Shown here: piece by piece, positions 26,531 through 40,967 of the stretch
Numbering within the stretch: position 1 is the stretch's first letter
Layout of the letters: each line of letters begins with the position of its first letter
Source: Eledone cirrhosa
Lineage: Eukaryota
Assembly: GCA_964016885.1 (NCBI GenBank)
Contig: OZ024741.1
Location: forward strand, 68,634,001-68,698,000
Length of the DNA: 64,000 nucleotides
Direction: 5' to 3'
Notes under the pieces: generated by a model
The model's input: the letters and a program-made list of their open reading frames with translations, nothing else
What the model was told of the DNA's origin: nothing
Database searches by the model: none
Program-made: the position numbers and the translations under genes

Positions 26531-26759
26531 CCACACTATAAATGGTGGTCTCCTGAAATTTAAAAAAGATAGTTTCTTTCACTTCCCCTTGGTGAAGAAT
26601 AATTCTCGAGATTTGAATTGGTGTACTTTCAATACACGGACTATATTATCGGAGTAATAGTCTAGTGCATCAGAACTCATTGGGTTTGATGGGATTTTGA
26701 CCTACTAAAAAAGACATTTTTGTGTGTATATATACAATAACGCTAAGGGTATGTTTATT

Positions 26760-26963
26760 TAAAACGTCAAACGCTCTATTGGTTATGTTAGGTCATATTT
26801 GCATTCGTAGTAATCATTTTATATATATTTTAAATGCATGGTACAACAAACACCTACTGCAGAAAAGTTACAACGTTAATAACCGATAGAAACACATCTA
26901 AAGAAAGTTGTAGAATAATGAAATATCCAACTGTTAACCACTATCTCCCCACCTAACATTTTA
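26760..26963 (+). repeat. Left arm of ~200 bp diverged inverted repeat (partner 34155-34365)
   Basis: GGTCATATTTGCATTCGTAGTAAT...GTTAACCACTATCTCCC is found reverse-complemented at 34155-34365. Confidence 0.85.
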
Positions 26964-26966
26964 TCT

Positions 26967-26999
<33 letters not shown>

Positions 27000-27002
<3 letters not shown>

Positions 27003-30000
27003 ATGTGCAAAATCCCGACGGCAGAGCTCAAGCCGTTTCGACGACTATTTCTGGACTAAATTAGATTTTTATCATGGTAATAAATAGCTTTTCATGGGGT
27101 AATTCCATATATGGAAAGATTGTAGTTGTCAAAAGTATTGGTCAAAATTTCTTGTACACACAATTAGATCTTTCATGGCGGTGGGTGGAGGGTGGGGATG
27201 GCTGAACTTGTCTGTAGAACAATGAGGGAGTGGGTGGAAACGGTCATGCGTTGAAAGTAAATTCTATACAGCAAATTCTAAGGATTGTGGATGAAATTAG
27301 GCAAGCTAGAAAGCAGGCGAAAAAAGAATTCTGGAGGAATCTGAGAGGGGGGAGTTATAAAATAAAAAAATTAAAAAGTTAATGAATTTAAATTAAAAAA
27401 TTAAAAAATAATAAATAAAAATAATATTGAAAAATTAAATAATAAAAAATAATAAAAAACAGTAGCGTCTAAAACAGCTGCTATATTTTTAGCTGGTATT
27501 GCGTTTTCGGCCAATGCTATATATAATTTACTGGGGTGGCGGTACTGAGGCTACAAAAGCCCGGTGGGCTGCCTCAGGTTAAGAGAAAGAGGAAAAGGAA
27601 AAGGAAGAGGAGAGGGAGCGGAAGGAAGTGAGAAGAAGAGATACAGGGAAAGAAGAAAAGAAGTACATCTACTTATGTATACTGGGGTTTCCCCTATCTT
27701 GTTCGGCAAGTGGGGAAAAGAAGGATGTTACAGCCATTGTCTACCCACCCGGGTCATGAGGGGGTTTGAGGGTGAAGTAAGTCCTACGTAATCGGTGTTT
27801 ACATGCGGTACAAGTTCGTCTTTTTTGTTTAGGAGTTGGTCATTCGTAAACAGCATTTGTATTGTTTCCTCCGAGCATAAGTTACATGAACAGCGTCCTC
27901 CCGTGTAGGAGTTAGCCCTGGAAAGTAAGGTCCAAGTAAAATGGTATGTGATGTTATTATCTTGGAGGTCCCAGATGTGCCCCGAAAGTGTAGTGGCATG
28001 TCGCCGGGCCGGGTTCCGGAATGTATGTCGGTGTTGGTAGAGCCGGGTCTTAAAGTCACGAGTGGTTAATCCTATATAGGCTTTGTTGGAGTTTTCCGTC
28101 CCCACGTTGCATTGGTAGATTACGTTACGTTCCCGGCATCTGTTGTTGAGGGGGCACGTAGATCTATCAGGGCAGTTACACCTCCTGCTCCGCTCTCCAC
28201 TAATGCCTAGGTTGTTTCTTCCTTAAGAGTTGAGTTTCTTGATGTTTGAGGAGGCGATGTTTTGTGCGAAGTTGGGTGTGGTGCTGTAGGAGAGTTTGAT
28301 AGTCTTTTTGTTGATTATGTTGTTGTAGCGGTGTTGTGGTGTAAAGTGTTTTTCGAGGAGCCTAAAAAATATTTTCCTGATTGGTGTTGCAACCTCTGCA
28401 TTGTGGGGAGCATTGAACCACGTTACGTGGCGTGAGCAGCGGCGTCGCTTGCAGGTTCCGCTAGAGGAAGCTGGGTAAAAGGAGATTTCCTCCCGAAAGT
28501 CGCTTCGCTTGAGTGCCTGTGTGTAATAAGGCGCATGTTCATCGAATATCCGCTGATTAGCGGAAAAACGAGATCTTCGGAGGGAGATGTTTTTAACCAG
28601 GTTATTGGTGATGTTTCTCGGATGTTTATAGCGGCTGTAGATGTAGTGAAGGTTGCCATTTGGTTTCCTGTATGGGTAGTGCAGATCATTTTCGAGGTTG
28701 AGGGCAACGTCCAAGAAATTGACTCGGGTTAGGGACGTCTGTAGGGTGATTTTAAATCTCCAGTCCCGGAAGAAGTTGATTAGGTGTTTACGGACCCGGT
28801 CTGTACTGATGGCGTTGTACCTTTTGAGGGTAAGGAGCCCATCGTCTCGGTACAATCCACCGCCGAATGCAGGAAACATTTCGGTGAGTTTATGTAGTGG
28901 GAATAATCGTATAAGATCGGTCACCTCCACCGAGTCGGTCGCGCCCATACTGACGTCGAAGGGGGGAGTCGGGAGCTCTCTTTATCGAATTGGAGTTGTC
29001 GAAGAGGAGGACTATCTTCCTGGCGTGGAAAATGATGTTTCTTTCCTGGTCGGTGATGGGTGTAAGTGTTTTGGCAAAGTCCAAAGCGGCCGTCAGGAGC
29101 GGTAAGGCAGTAGAGGTGTAATATCTCTCTATTTCGAACTGGATGAATTTGGTGTCCCGTTTGTCCTCGATATTGCTGAACCATGAGATGACTTCCTGGG
29201 TGCTGACCCAAAGGCTAAATCTCGCGTTTTGCTTGACGTTTGGTATGACGCGGTCTAGGATCTTTTTGATGACCCTTCGTATGTCCTACTTCGTCGGGTT
29301 TATAAGCCTCATGGATGGTTTGCGGTCGAAGTCGGATTTATGGTCCTTCAGGGTGAAGTAGGTAGTCCGTGGGTCGAGAGATTTAGTACGGTCGGCAACC
29401 TCGAGGCTGGAGGTAATTTGTTCTCCATCTAGATTTATGGCATGGATTATAGAATGGTTTACGTTCTTGTAGGTGGAGTTCAGGCTGCTCCTGATAAGTG
29501 TGTGGTATCTGTCAGGGTTGACGAAATAGAGGTTTCCAGTTTTGTCCGAATGCACCAGGATGTCGTTGTTGCTTTCATACTCCGTTATTTTGCTACGGAG
29601 TTGTTATAGGAATAGGTTGTGTCTAGGTTTGAATTTTATACCCTTGACCAGTTGGAAGACGTCATTCTCGAAGGGTGAGAGCAGAGGGTTCGGTGGGGGA
29701 GATCTGTAGGTATTGAATCCGAATCTCTCCTTGGTGTCGAAGTCCTGGTTGTCGCGGTATCTATCGTAGACGAATGTTCTACATCTCAGTCTTTTCGCAA
29801 ACAGGTCGATTTTTTGCGTGAGCATCGTAGGTAAAGTTTTCTAGGTGGAACAGGGATGTTCTTGGTGGAGAAGTCGATAGTGTGTTTTCGCATGGTAGAT
29901 ATTCCCCACCCACCGCCCTGAAAGATTTAATTGTGTTTACAAGGAATTTTGACCAATCATTTTGACAACTACAATCTTCCCATACATGGAACGACGCCTT

Positions 30001-30180
30001 GAAAAGTTCAGCTATTTATTACCGCGCTAAAATCTAATTTAGTCCAGAAATAGCCGTCGAAACGGCTTGAGCTCTGCCGTCGGTATCTTGAACATTTTCC
30101 TATTACCCACTCTTTACCCTAAGTATTTAGTACTCTGGTGCGTTATGGTCCACCTGGTTCCTTACCACACTTCCTTCGTT
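27000..30180 (-). mobile_element. Near full-length decayed Penelope-like element (Hydra-clade-like) with inverted terminal copy
   Basis: Broken ORF ~29893 to 27789: FSTKNIPVP, DKTGNLY, TLKDHK, RLINPTK, GLYRDDGL, VTWFNAP, YIGLT, CNLCSEE; 29903-30090 is an inverted copy of 27000-27190; (TA)n both sides. Confidence 0.9.
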
Positions 30181-30199
30181 ATATATATATATATATATT

Positions 30200-32340
30200 G
30201 TTATACTTGGGGAGGGTCATATTTGTGTAATATTGCCAGAATTAATAAGAGAACACACTCACTGTTTGGTTGGTTTTCGCTTTTCGCTTCTGTGTCTTTT
30301 ATATCGGTAATCTAATTTATTCGGTCCTCAATGTTGCCATTGACTAACCAACGGTCAAAAATAATACAGATACAATATAGACTCAAACACATATATATAG
30401 TTTATCAAAGTTCTTTCGTTGCACATCTGCAACATCGTCAGTGGTGCTATTGTTTCCTCCCATTGCATTGTATTTTCTACGCCATCTTTATTTAGTCTGT
30501 TTATATATTTATTTATTCGTTTATTTTATTTTGTCTTCTTTGCGCATGCGTTTGCGTGTGTGTATAGTGTTTTGTTTGATGTGTGTTCGTGATTGGGTGA
30601 CTGTGTATTGATTAATGTATTCTATCTTTACTAGTGTGTGTTTATATGTGTTTGTTGTTATTGTGCTTGTGTATTTATTTATTTATTTATCTATTTATTT
30701 ATTTATACTTCTCTTAGGTCAGTGTTGTTTGTTTGGGTGTTGTTGTTATTCCATTCATTCTTTCTGTTTAGCCTTGGCCTTCTAAGTTCTATTTCACTGG
30801 CCTCTCTGATTTGCCTATCTGCTAGGTCATTTCTATGTTTAGATATTATTTTAATTTCTATGTTCTCTATGTTACCATCGTGTTGTTGTTTGGCATGTTC
30901 GTATAGTACTGAACTGTTTTTTCGTCCTTTTAGTTCCCCCAGTGTTGGTCTGTCCTTTCACCTATGCTACGAGCTGTCTCGCCTATGTATGTTGTCATGT
31001 TTCTGCAAGTACCCTCTGTACATCTTATGCTATAGACTACGTTTCTAGTTTTACAGTTTATCCGGGAGTTTACCTTACATATGATACATTTCCTATTAGT
31101 ATAGTGGGTTTTCTTAAAAGGGTAGGTTTTGCTGATCAGGAATTTTATGGTGGTTCCTGGCTTTTCTACCACCTTAATCTTTAAGTGGGTCTTTCTCAGG
31201 GCCTTTCTACACTGGTTAGCTAATTTCCCTCCAGGGTTAGCGTCCACAAACATGACACTCTGGTATCTCTGGTTGTCGTACCATGAGGTGGCTTTCCCTA
31301 TCTTATGTCTAGCCCTATCTAAGCTATTCCATGATTTGCTCCTGTATAATGGGAAAATTCCTTTCATGTCCAGTTCTATGAGGGTCTTATACTTCTCCAT
31401 GGCTCCTTCGAATACTCTGACTCTGTCTCTTTGGTTGTAGCCAGAGAACTGCATGCGGTTGATGAAGTGTTGGATGTATCTTTCCATTTCTGTTGGGTCG
31501 CACATGCGGGACACATTCTTCCTCACTCGTACCAAATCTGCGATCAGAATATTAAACTTAGCACTACTGGACATTGCTGAGTTTTTGAGTATCAGGTATT
31601 TGGAGGCCATGGGTGAGTGGAGAATTTGGGCTCTCTCGTCTATAGTGTTAATCCAGAGTTCCGTGTCTAATACAGGTAGTCTATTATTAGGGTGTTTGGA
31701 AGGGTAGTCGATAGTTACAGTTATACTCTGGTGTATGGAATTAGCTATCTGCTGGATACTTTCCATTGTGCTACGTTCTAAATCAAACTTGTTAGTGCTC
31801 TCTAGTGGGGATGTTCTTATAACTATATCGATATCGTCTACGTAACGAGAGTTCAGGATGAGGTCTATGGAGCTCTCATCAAGGAGATCTTTAAGTCTCC
31901 TTTCCCACCATACCATAAAAAGGTTGGCAACATCACCAGCTATGCTGACGCCAATGGCTGCTCCCTCATTTTGGGTGTAGATCTTCTCGTTGAACTTGAA
32001 TATGTGGCCCTTTAGGGTAGTTTTGATACTAGCCCCTATTGCATGTGCGACCATTTTTCTTACCTGATCATTGTTTTGGGGGGTCCATATAGCTTTGGTC
32101 CAGCCAATAGACCTTCCCATGGGAGTCCTTTTAGCCATTGAGGTTATGGTGGGGGGTCTACCTCTTATGGGTCTACTGGGGCAGAAACGTCTAAGGTTAT
32201 GGCTGTCTAGGTAGTCAGTGTCGTAGGTAAGTCTAAGTAGGAGGCCCAGTTCGTCTGTGTCGACGTCGCAGAACTCTACCTCACTCTCAATGATCATCTC
32301 CACACATTTTTCCACAGCAAAATCAATGTTAATTGATGGG
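30200..32340 (-). mobile_element. 5'-truncated Penelope-like element of a third type
   Basis: ORF 30930..32369: KIYTQNEGAAIG, SRYVDDI, DYPSKHPNNRLPVLD, MQFSGY, CIIC..NC, VVYSIRC..YIGETARS; endonuclease continues after a frameshift to ~30715. Confidence 0.88.
30406..30444 (-). ncRNA. Minimal hammerhead ribozyme motif 3' of the PLE ORF
   Basis: CA-CTGACGA-T-GTTGCA gatg TGCAAC-GAAA-GAAC-TT-TG; weak stem I. Confidence 0.6.
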
Positions 32341-32734
32341 TACACACATATATATATATACACACACACATATATATATATACATATATATAGTTAGCAC
32401 CCCAAACGTTCAATTGGGAATATACTCAGGTATTTCCTAATGTTTGTTGAGTGAGTTGGAATTTGGCCTGGGTATCGCTTTTAGCTTTCTCCGATTATGT
32501 ATTTATATATTTACTCTTGGAGCAACAGATATGAACTTTTCCGATATAAGGTATGACTCTCTTTGTTTATTTTTTATATGAATATTGATTGTTTGTTCTT
32601 GTATCTCATTCTGTTATTTTGCCCGAGAAAATATCTATATGTGTCATAAAGCGATGCGCACATATAATTACTTTTTCATATCCAATTGAGTTCTTAGCAC
32701 GTGGCTTGAATTCTTGTCAGAGTTCAACGATTCA

Positions 32735-33119
32735 GAAACTGCCCGATGCGCCATACGAACTGTTGCTTACGCACATATGTCGTGTATAAGGTAGAATGTG
32801 ACAAGTGCAACCACTACTATATCGGTAGCACAATCCGGCCGCTACACATCCAGATCAAGGAGCACATCAACATCAGGGCCGGTCTTTCCGGAAACACATA
32901 AACAAATGCGGAAGCAAAGACGGAAGGCCCATTGTCACAGTGCTAGCGACAGAACGCAACGTTTGCACATTACGAATCAAAGAAGCACTTTGGATCAAAC
33001 GCCTAGAGCCACAAATAAATAACCGATCCGAAATGAGGTGGTTGGTGTAAACAAACGAGACAATAGCACACGCACACACTCACACAAGCGAGACAACAAC
33101 ACACGCACACGCACACACG

Positions 33120-33178
<59 letters not shown>

Positions 33179-33610
33179 ACACACACATACACACACACAG
33201 AAGCATTCCACCAAACAGGCAGACGAATACCACCACCATACGAATATACTACACTGCTAATACAGAAACCAGCACAGATAGATAATACACTGGACTGAGA
33301 GCTAACACCACTACACTCCCACAATTAAACGAACTAAATCGGCCGTCGACCTTTGCTTGACCGGACTTATTCCGCGCGCACGCGCGCTCTGCTGAATACC
33401 TCAGCTATTCAAAACAACGAACAGCAGAGGACAAGTATCGCTTCTCTCCGACAGATAACCCCCCCCCCCCCTCCCTCCCGGAAAACCCCCCAGTTGATGG
33501 ATGTGAATCCGAAATATAGGGACAATTAAATCTCTCCCAAGGTAACTTTAACTCGTGTTATTATTTTTATTTTTTTTACGCTCTTTCCTACGTTCTTCTA
33601 CGCACTATAC
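32735..33610 (+). mobile_element. Diverged 3' fragment/pseudo-LTR of the 22251-25030 PLE family
   Basis: Similar to 24060-24920, including the GIY-YIG remnant and the hammerhead-like motif. Confidence 0.85.
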
Positions 33611-33626
33611 ATCTCATTCTACATTC

Positions 33627-33659
<33 letters not shown>

Positions 33660-34044
33660 TGTATGTATGTATGTATGTATGTATGCATATACAAGGGGCA
33701 GAAGAACTCATAAGAATCAACGGCCATCCAAAAGTGTGTAAATATGTAAATACACATGTACATATGTGTGTATATGTGTATATACATGGGTGCATGTGTA
33801 TGTATATGCGCGGGGACATAGAAATAGTCGGGCTGGACACCCGATCGCGCGGTTAAACCACTTGGAGTGAAGGACCCCTAGCCTTTGACAGGTCATTCTT
33901 CTAGGAGAAGGCAACTCAGGAAACTGGGATAACCCCGACATAAAACCTGCGGGTCAGTAGTTGCTGATGATGTTTATCTTTTCTTCTTTTCGGGTTATAG
34001 CTACTGTCGCTCAGAGAGTGGGATTGGCTCAGTGCGATCATCAT

Positions 34045-34365
<321 letters not shown>

Positions 34366-34384
34366 ATTTGCTGTGTCCACTTAA

Positions 34385-34445
34385 AGGCGTGTGGCTTAAT
34401 GGTTCGTATATTCGACCTGTGATCGAAAGGCCGACGGTTCGATTT
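34385..34445 (+). mobile_element. tRNA-like SINE head fragment
   Basis: A-box TGGCTTAATGG and B-box GGTTCGATT, no complete cloverleaf. Confidence 0.5.
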
Positions 34446-35596
34446 ATTTCACTACTCGTAGTATAAATGATATTACCATGTGTGACATACTCTAAATGTT
34501 GCCATAATTTTCATTGTTTTTTGTCTTCTCTTGCTAATTCTTTCAGGTATAAATAATTATTTATGGTGGTAGTCGCGTCACTAATTATTATATGGAGTGA
34601 CTACCCTGCCTCAGGATCAACTGGCTCCGGATAACAAGTACTTGGAATTGGCCTATATGGAACTCCCCTCTCCTTGACTTTTAGCCGTGTCGAGAAAAGA
34701 GAAAATACGAACACGTGGTTTGCAACCTTGCCTAGAAATAAATGATGAATAGATCCAAGAAGGTGAGGAAGCAGTGAATATATTGATGTAGCTATGAAGT
34801 TGAGCCAAGGCGGAAAAGACGCTCAGCTTTTGACAAGCCAAATCTTCAATGTGGGTATCTGGTATGTTCTTACACTGATAATCTACAACAAGCAACTAAA
34901 ATTATATTATCTACAAAGGTTCTGGATAACGAGATATATAAAACATATATGAAACGTCTTTCTGCAACTTGACACCTTTACTAAGCTGCAGTACTAGGCC
35001 CATTGTGAGTACGGAGTTGAGTTGTGGAATTAAACAACATATTTCACATAAAATTATGAATTTCTTTGGTTCAAACTGTTTCATCTCTCTCATGTTCTTT
35101 AATACTCCACATCCGCTACTTCTAGTGCCAAAATACCTTGTAGCTAATCCCATTTTGTACATACTTTGTTCAAATACCTTTAGGATAAGCTATATTTCTT
35201 TTATTCTTCCTGACTAGATAAAAATAAGCGTAAGTATGGAGTTGGTAATAATTGCACATGTCTCTCGAATTTTTGTCTACGAGGCAAGATAAAGATTTTC
35301 CTTTTATGGTGAGACTGCGGTTGAAATACTACAGTACATGACGAAATATTCCTGGTTATTCATGCAGGTAATCAACAGCTTATTTTGAATTTTATCCCTA
35401 TGTAACCATGTAACCTAACTGACTTTATCAGACCAGTTTTCAGCTTCAAATGAATAGCTTCGTATCTTGAGTGCATTCTTTTCTCTCTCTTTATTTTTCT
35501 TTTCTTTTCCTCTCGTTTCCTACTATATCAAGCATTAAACTATTATATTTATCATTGTACTATGTTGTTTGCTTTATAGTTTCTGTATATGTATGC

Positions 35597-35671
<75 letters not shown>

Positions 35672-36191
35672 ATTTATGTTACGTTGTTTACCAATGGATG
35701 GAACTGGTGATTTCGATTAGTAATGATAATGATAATGCAGTAAATTAAAGCACTCGACGTTATGCAGATCATCCAATGTTGATGAGGTATCCAGTGGTTG
35801 GAGCAGGAACGGAATGAAATATTCATTAAAAAGAACAACGGAAGGCCGTACTGGAAACTTTATAATTTTAATTACACTAAATATATATATATGCAATGTT
35901 AAACAATGAAAGTATAAGAAAAAACAACGTGAAGTAGTTATTTAAGCTATTCTTTACAATCGTGTCAGAGAACCAAATTATCAATGTGGAGAATAATCAA
36001 AAGCAGTTATGCAACTTCATACCATCAACTTCGAAAAAGCATTTCTATTTTGCTGCCTATCCCCAGAAACAATACATCAAGTTTTCTTTTATTAAACAAA
36101 TGAGTAAGAACACATAGAAGGAAACATGAGAGAGAGAGAGAGTGAGATTGAGAGAGAGAGAGAGAGAGAGAGAGTGAGAGAGAGAGAGAGT

Positions 36192-36227
<36 letters not shown>

Positions 36228-36249
36228 GAGTGAGAGAGATAGAGAGTGA

Positions 36250-36297
<48 letters not shown>

Positions 36298-36810
36298 GAG
36301 AGGGGGAGAGAGCTGTAACAAGTCTTTATGGAAAGTGGTTGATAACAGTGTGCATGTGAAATAAATATTTAAAACCCGAAAAATTATATATGTATGTATA
36401 TACTCTGTCATTCTTTTACTTGGGCTTATAAATCTAAATCGGCGTATCAATACTTGATGGTTGCCAACCGTGACAGCTTGTATTTGGATGAAGCATCTTT
36501 CAATACCTGATAATTATACACCTTTGTGCACTTTATACATAAGCTAGCAATAACGGAGTAGAACGAAGTTTTGGTTGGCCTGGCTGTATAATTGTCTCAG
36601 TTCATGAATGTTAAAGACTAGTATGATGTCAACTGTATATTTATCATACAAAAAAAAGAAGAAACCCGTTTTGTCAACATGTAAGATATGTATATTTATT
36701 CTAGTGTACCAAAATAACTGACTTGGTCTCAGTGCTAAACAATAATACCTGTTTTTACATAAATACGTATCTATGTATGATGTTTATTATATATTATATA
36801 TATATATATA

Positions 36811-36895
<85 letters not shown>

Positions 36896-37312
36896 TATGT
36901 ATGTATACGTACATACATATATGTATACAGACGTACAGTAGCATGCATATATATATATATATATATATACATACAGGCACACATATATATATGTACGTAT
37001 CAGTTTAGCGAACATTTATTATAATGTTCGCTTTGTCGTTTGTAAACAAACGGACAGCCTGATTTATGCCGTACGGTGTTAAGGCAACCACGTCACCTTT
37101 TTGTTCAACACTGACACAGGAACGATGTACTAGTTTCAACGATGTACTAGTTAGCTATCGTCAGCACCGTATACCCTTCTGCCAGATGGTTGAACGTTCG
37201 AAAGTATATACTTTCCTTATGAAAATTAACGGCTGAGCAGCCTAATTTGCATATCGAGTAAGTGCCGTACTAAGAGTGAGAAATGAAATTTCGTTTCATT
37301 CTATTCTATTCC

Positions 37313-37356
<44 letters not shown>

Positions 37357-37409
37357 CTACTGAATATATATAAATATATATATATATATGTAGTGTGTGT
37401 GTGTGTGTG

Positions 37410-37473
<64 letters not shown>

Positions 37474-37697
37474 CTGTATATATATATATTTCTGAAGACA
37501 GCATATATATGTGTAGGTATCTATATTCCCTCTGATAGTTAGATCTATATGGTATACATACCAACACACACATATATATCCTAGAAACGATCGTAAAATG
37601 ATGAACTTTTTGATATAAGGAACTGTTTCTTTCTTTTTACTCATTGTTTTTATTAATTTATATATATATGTATATATATATATGCAGTGTATGTGTG

Positions 37698-37783
<86 letters not shown>

Positions 37784-37812
37784 CATATATATACATATAT
37801 ATATATACATAC

Positions 37813-37935
<123 letters not shown>

Positions 37936-38781
37936 TAAAGTTGTGCGCAAAACACCCGAAGTATACGATGCATTCATATCTGTATATTTACACTATAGAG
38001 GGTACTGAGATTGCATTAACGAGTATATATATTTACTCATTATGTATTTGGATATATATAAGTGTACATTGAAGCGATTTTCACACCTTTTTTCTCTTCA
38101 GAAAGTATATATGTATACCGCCCCAAAAAACACAAGGAAATAAGTATCTAAGGGGCTTATATAATCTATAACTTGTAGTAATAGTAATACTGAAATAGAC
38201 GTACTATTTTTCATATTATTAGTGGTTATGCAGGGATTTAATTTTAAGTTATATTTGAATTTGCACGCTAAGCCCTCGAAGTATATGAACAATTCTTATT
38301 TGTATATATGCAGTGTAAAAGTAACCGATAGGACATAAATATATATATAAATTTACACATTGAATATTTAGACATGTAAATATGACACCTATACGCATTT
38401 CCCTGTAAACTGGAAAAAAAAAAAAAAAATAATGATAAATACCTTCAATTGATTTTCAAACCTTCACCCGAGCGCTTATAATATGCAAATGTTTTCTTAG
38501 TCGTAATTTTGACGAAATACATATCTGCTGATAAGCGAAAAAGGTTTGAAAATCACTTCAATTTATTTCTTATGTTTTTATGTTACAAGGAGGTTTTACA
38601 TGTTTGTAGTTATCACCAGTAGCGTATATAAATCTATACAAAATATATTTATGTATAACAAACTTACACTGTAGGTGTTTTAAAGTGTGATCATATTACA
38701 TCTACCTCGGCATCCCTGTAAGGGTATTACAGAGAGATTTGTGTATGTTTATTTAATTTAAACACACTGATTATCATTCAC

Positions 38782-38816
<35 letters not shown>

Positions 38817-38859
38817 TATATATCGTCGCTTAACGAGTGGGGTGCAGCTCGTCAAATAG

Positions 38860-39018
38860 AACCGAGGAAACAATGTTTCCATTGGTCTTTCCAATTGCTA
38901 ATACTATCTACCGGTCGCAAATCCAGGAAGAAGGAGCAACGTAAAATAAAATGTCTTGCTCAAGGACATAACTCGTCGCCCGGTCCGGGTATCGAACTCA
39001 CAACTTCACGATTGCAAC
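38860..39018 (-). mobile_element. Fragment of a second tRNA-derived SINE family
   Basis: Minus strand GAGTTCGATACCC followed by TGTCCTTGAGCAAGACA. Confidence 0.55.
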
Positions 39019-39127
39019 ACATATAATGTTTGTCGCTTGACATTGCGGTCTCTTCGAAGAGATAGATAGATAGATAGACAGATAGATAAATAAATATGTA
39101 GATAGATAGATAGTGGATATATGCTTA

Positions 39128-39310
39128 ATAATTGTTTCTACTTTTGACACAAGTCCAGCAATTACTCCAGTACACTACTGGTACTTTATTTTATCGACCT
39201 TGTTAGGATGAAAGGCAAAGTTAACCTCGACGGGAATTGAACTCAGAACGCAAAGGGCCATCACTCTATGATGCCAAGCATGTTGTTCGACGCTCTACCG
39301 ATACTGCCGG
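39128..39310 (-). mobile_element. tRNA-derived SINE
   Basis: Diverged copy of 715-892. Confidence 0.8.
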
Positions 39311-39766
39311 TTAAAAAATGTAATTATTGTAATTGATTTAAATAAATGTAAAATGAAATACGGCAATGGTTGGAGTGACAAGAGAGAAAAGGTTAAGGAA
39401 AAACAAAGATTCAACTATCTTTACTAGAATGTTGTAATCAAGGAAATTATTCGTCATTTATAATGGGCAATATACTCGTATGCCAACACACACACACATA
39501 CACACACACACACACACATATATATATACACACATACATACACATACATACACATACATACATACATACACACACACAGACACACACACACATAAATATA
39601 TAAATATATAGTGAAGCGGTAGTAGAATCCCTAAGGCGAGTCCAACGGTTGAAACTTGAGTTTCAGAAATATTATTTTCATTCATTATATCTACTCTGCA
39701 TCTCATAATGCATCGAGCACTACCATGATTTGTGGGATTCCTGTAGACACACATACACAGACACAG

Positions 39767-39799
<33 letters not shown>

Positions 39800-40311
39800 C
39801 GGGACACATCCAGCTGCTGTTGGTAATCCTTTTATTTTTGCAACTGAATAGACTTAAACAACGTCTTGCTCAAAATGTCTTGCTCAATGGTTCTTACAAC
39901 CGCTAGACTGATCGCGAGTCGTTCAGTTTAACCACTAAGTTACGCATCTTCACTTAGTCACTAACATTACTCTAAACATCTGGAACAGTGGAATTTTGTT
40001 AGTAACAATGTCATATACATATGACAATATCTTTTGTTTCTTTATAGTACATAATAAGTCTTTAACAAAATATAAGAAAAATGAACTAAGAACTAATCTG
40101 AAAGATTGCAATTGTGTCAGTAATTAGGATGTACGTGTACGTACATCAAAATCTTTGATATTTCATAGTATCTAGTTCTCATGCTTGTACTTATCTCATA
40201 TATAGACTAAGATGAATATTGTTAGCTTGAGTGAGCTAACCACGTCAAACACGTCGTTTGATGTTAATAACTGGTTTTATAGCTAATTGTCTTTCGTAAC
40301 TACATTATATA

Positions 40312-40692
40312 GATTGGCTGTATCGGTTGAGCGTCGAATAACGTGCTTTGTAGCATAGAGTTATGGCCCTTTACGTTATGAGTTCAATTCCCGCCGAGGT
40401 TAGCTTTGCCTTTCATCCTTACGGAGACGATAAAATAAAGTACCAGTAATGCACTGGGGTAATTGCTGGCCTTGTGCCAAAAGTACAAACATTACCTAAG
40501 GCGGTGGATTGGCAGTATTAGTAGAGGGTTGGACGCCATGCTTTGCGGCGGAGAGTTATGGACTTTTACTTTCTGAGTTCAAATCCCGCCGAAGTTAGCT
40601 TTGCCTTTCATTCTTACAGGGTCGAAAAAATAAAGCACCAGTAATGCTCTGGGGGTAATTGCTGACCTTGTGCCAAAGGAAGAAACAATTAT
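40312..40692 (+). mobile_element. Two tandem tRNA-derived SINEs (40312-40495, 40498-40692)
   Basis: Each has B-box GAGTTCAA(T/A)TCC, a GCCTTTCAT body and a CCTTGTGCCAAA tail. Confidence 0.82.
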
Positions 40693-40732
40693 ATTTTTCT
40701 ACAAATTTGTAGTCATTTATAGCGTAAATTAC

Positions 40733-40875
40733 TGATTTCTAATTAAGCGACAAGGTCAGAAAATTTGGGAGAAAGGTCAAACTGTTTTAATTAATTCCAG
40801 TACTTGCCTGATACTTTATTTTACCGGCCCCGGAAGGATGAAAGGCAAAGTTGACCTCGACGGGATTTGAATCTA
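40733..40875 (-). mobile_element. Partial tRNA-derived SINE
   Basis: GGATGAAAGGCAAAGTTGACCTCGACGGGATTTGAA body. Confidence 0.7.
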
Positions 40876-40967
40876 AATAGCCAGAACAAATATCGAAATC
40901 ACTAGGTTTTTAATAACCAATTTTGCTATTTAGTTGCAAGAATATATTATTAACTAATCGATCGTAT

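Larger units (their letters stand above)
16930..26720 (+). mobile_element. Old Gypsy/Ty3 LTR retrotransposon, split by later insertions (about 19.3-25.9 kb)
   Basis: Diverged direct repeats 16933-17165 and 26531-26720; ...ACA followed by PBS-like TGGCAGCG at 17199; RT and integrase remnants in Gypsy order. Confidence 0.75.

Noticed and set aside
27790-29893. Selenocysteine recoding as in Naiad PLEs
   Set aside because: Endonuclease is C-terminal and the breaks are frameshifts, not patterned in-frame TGA codons
34385-34445. tRNA gene
   Set aside because: A and B boxes only; no acceptor stem or T-arm closure, better explained as a SINE head
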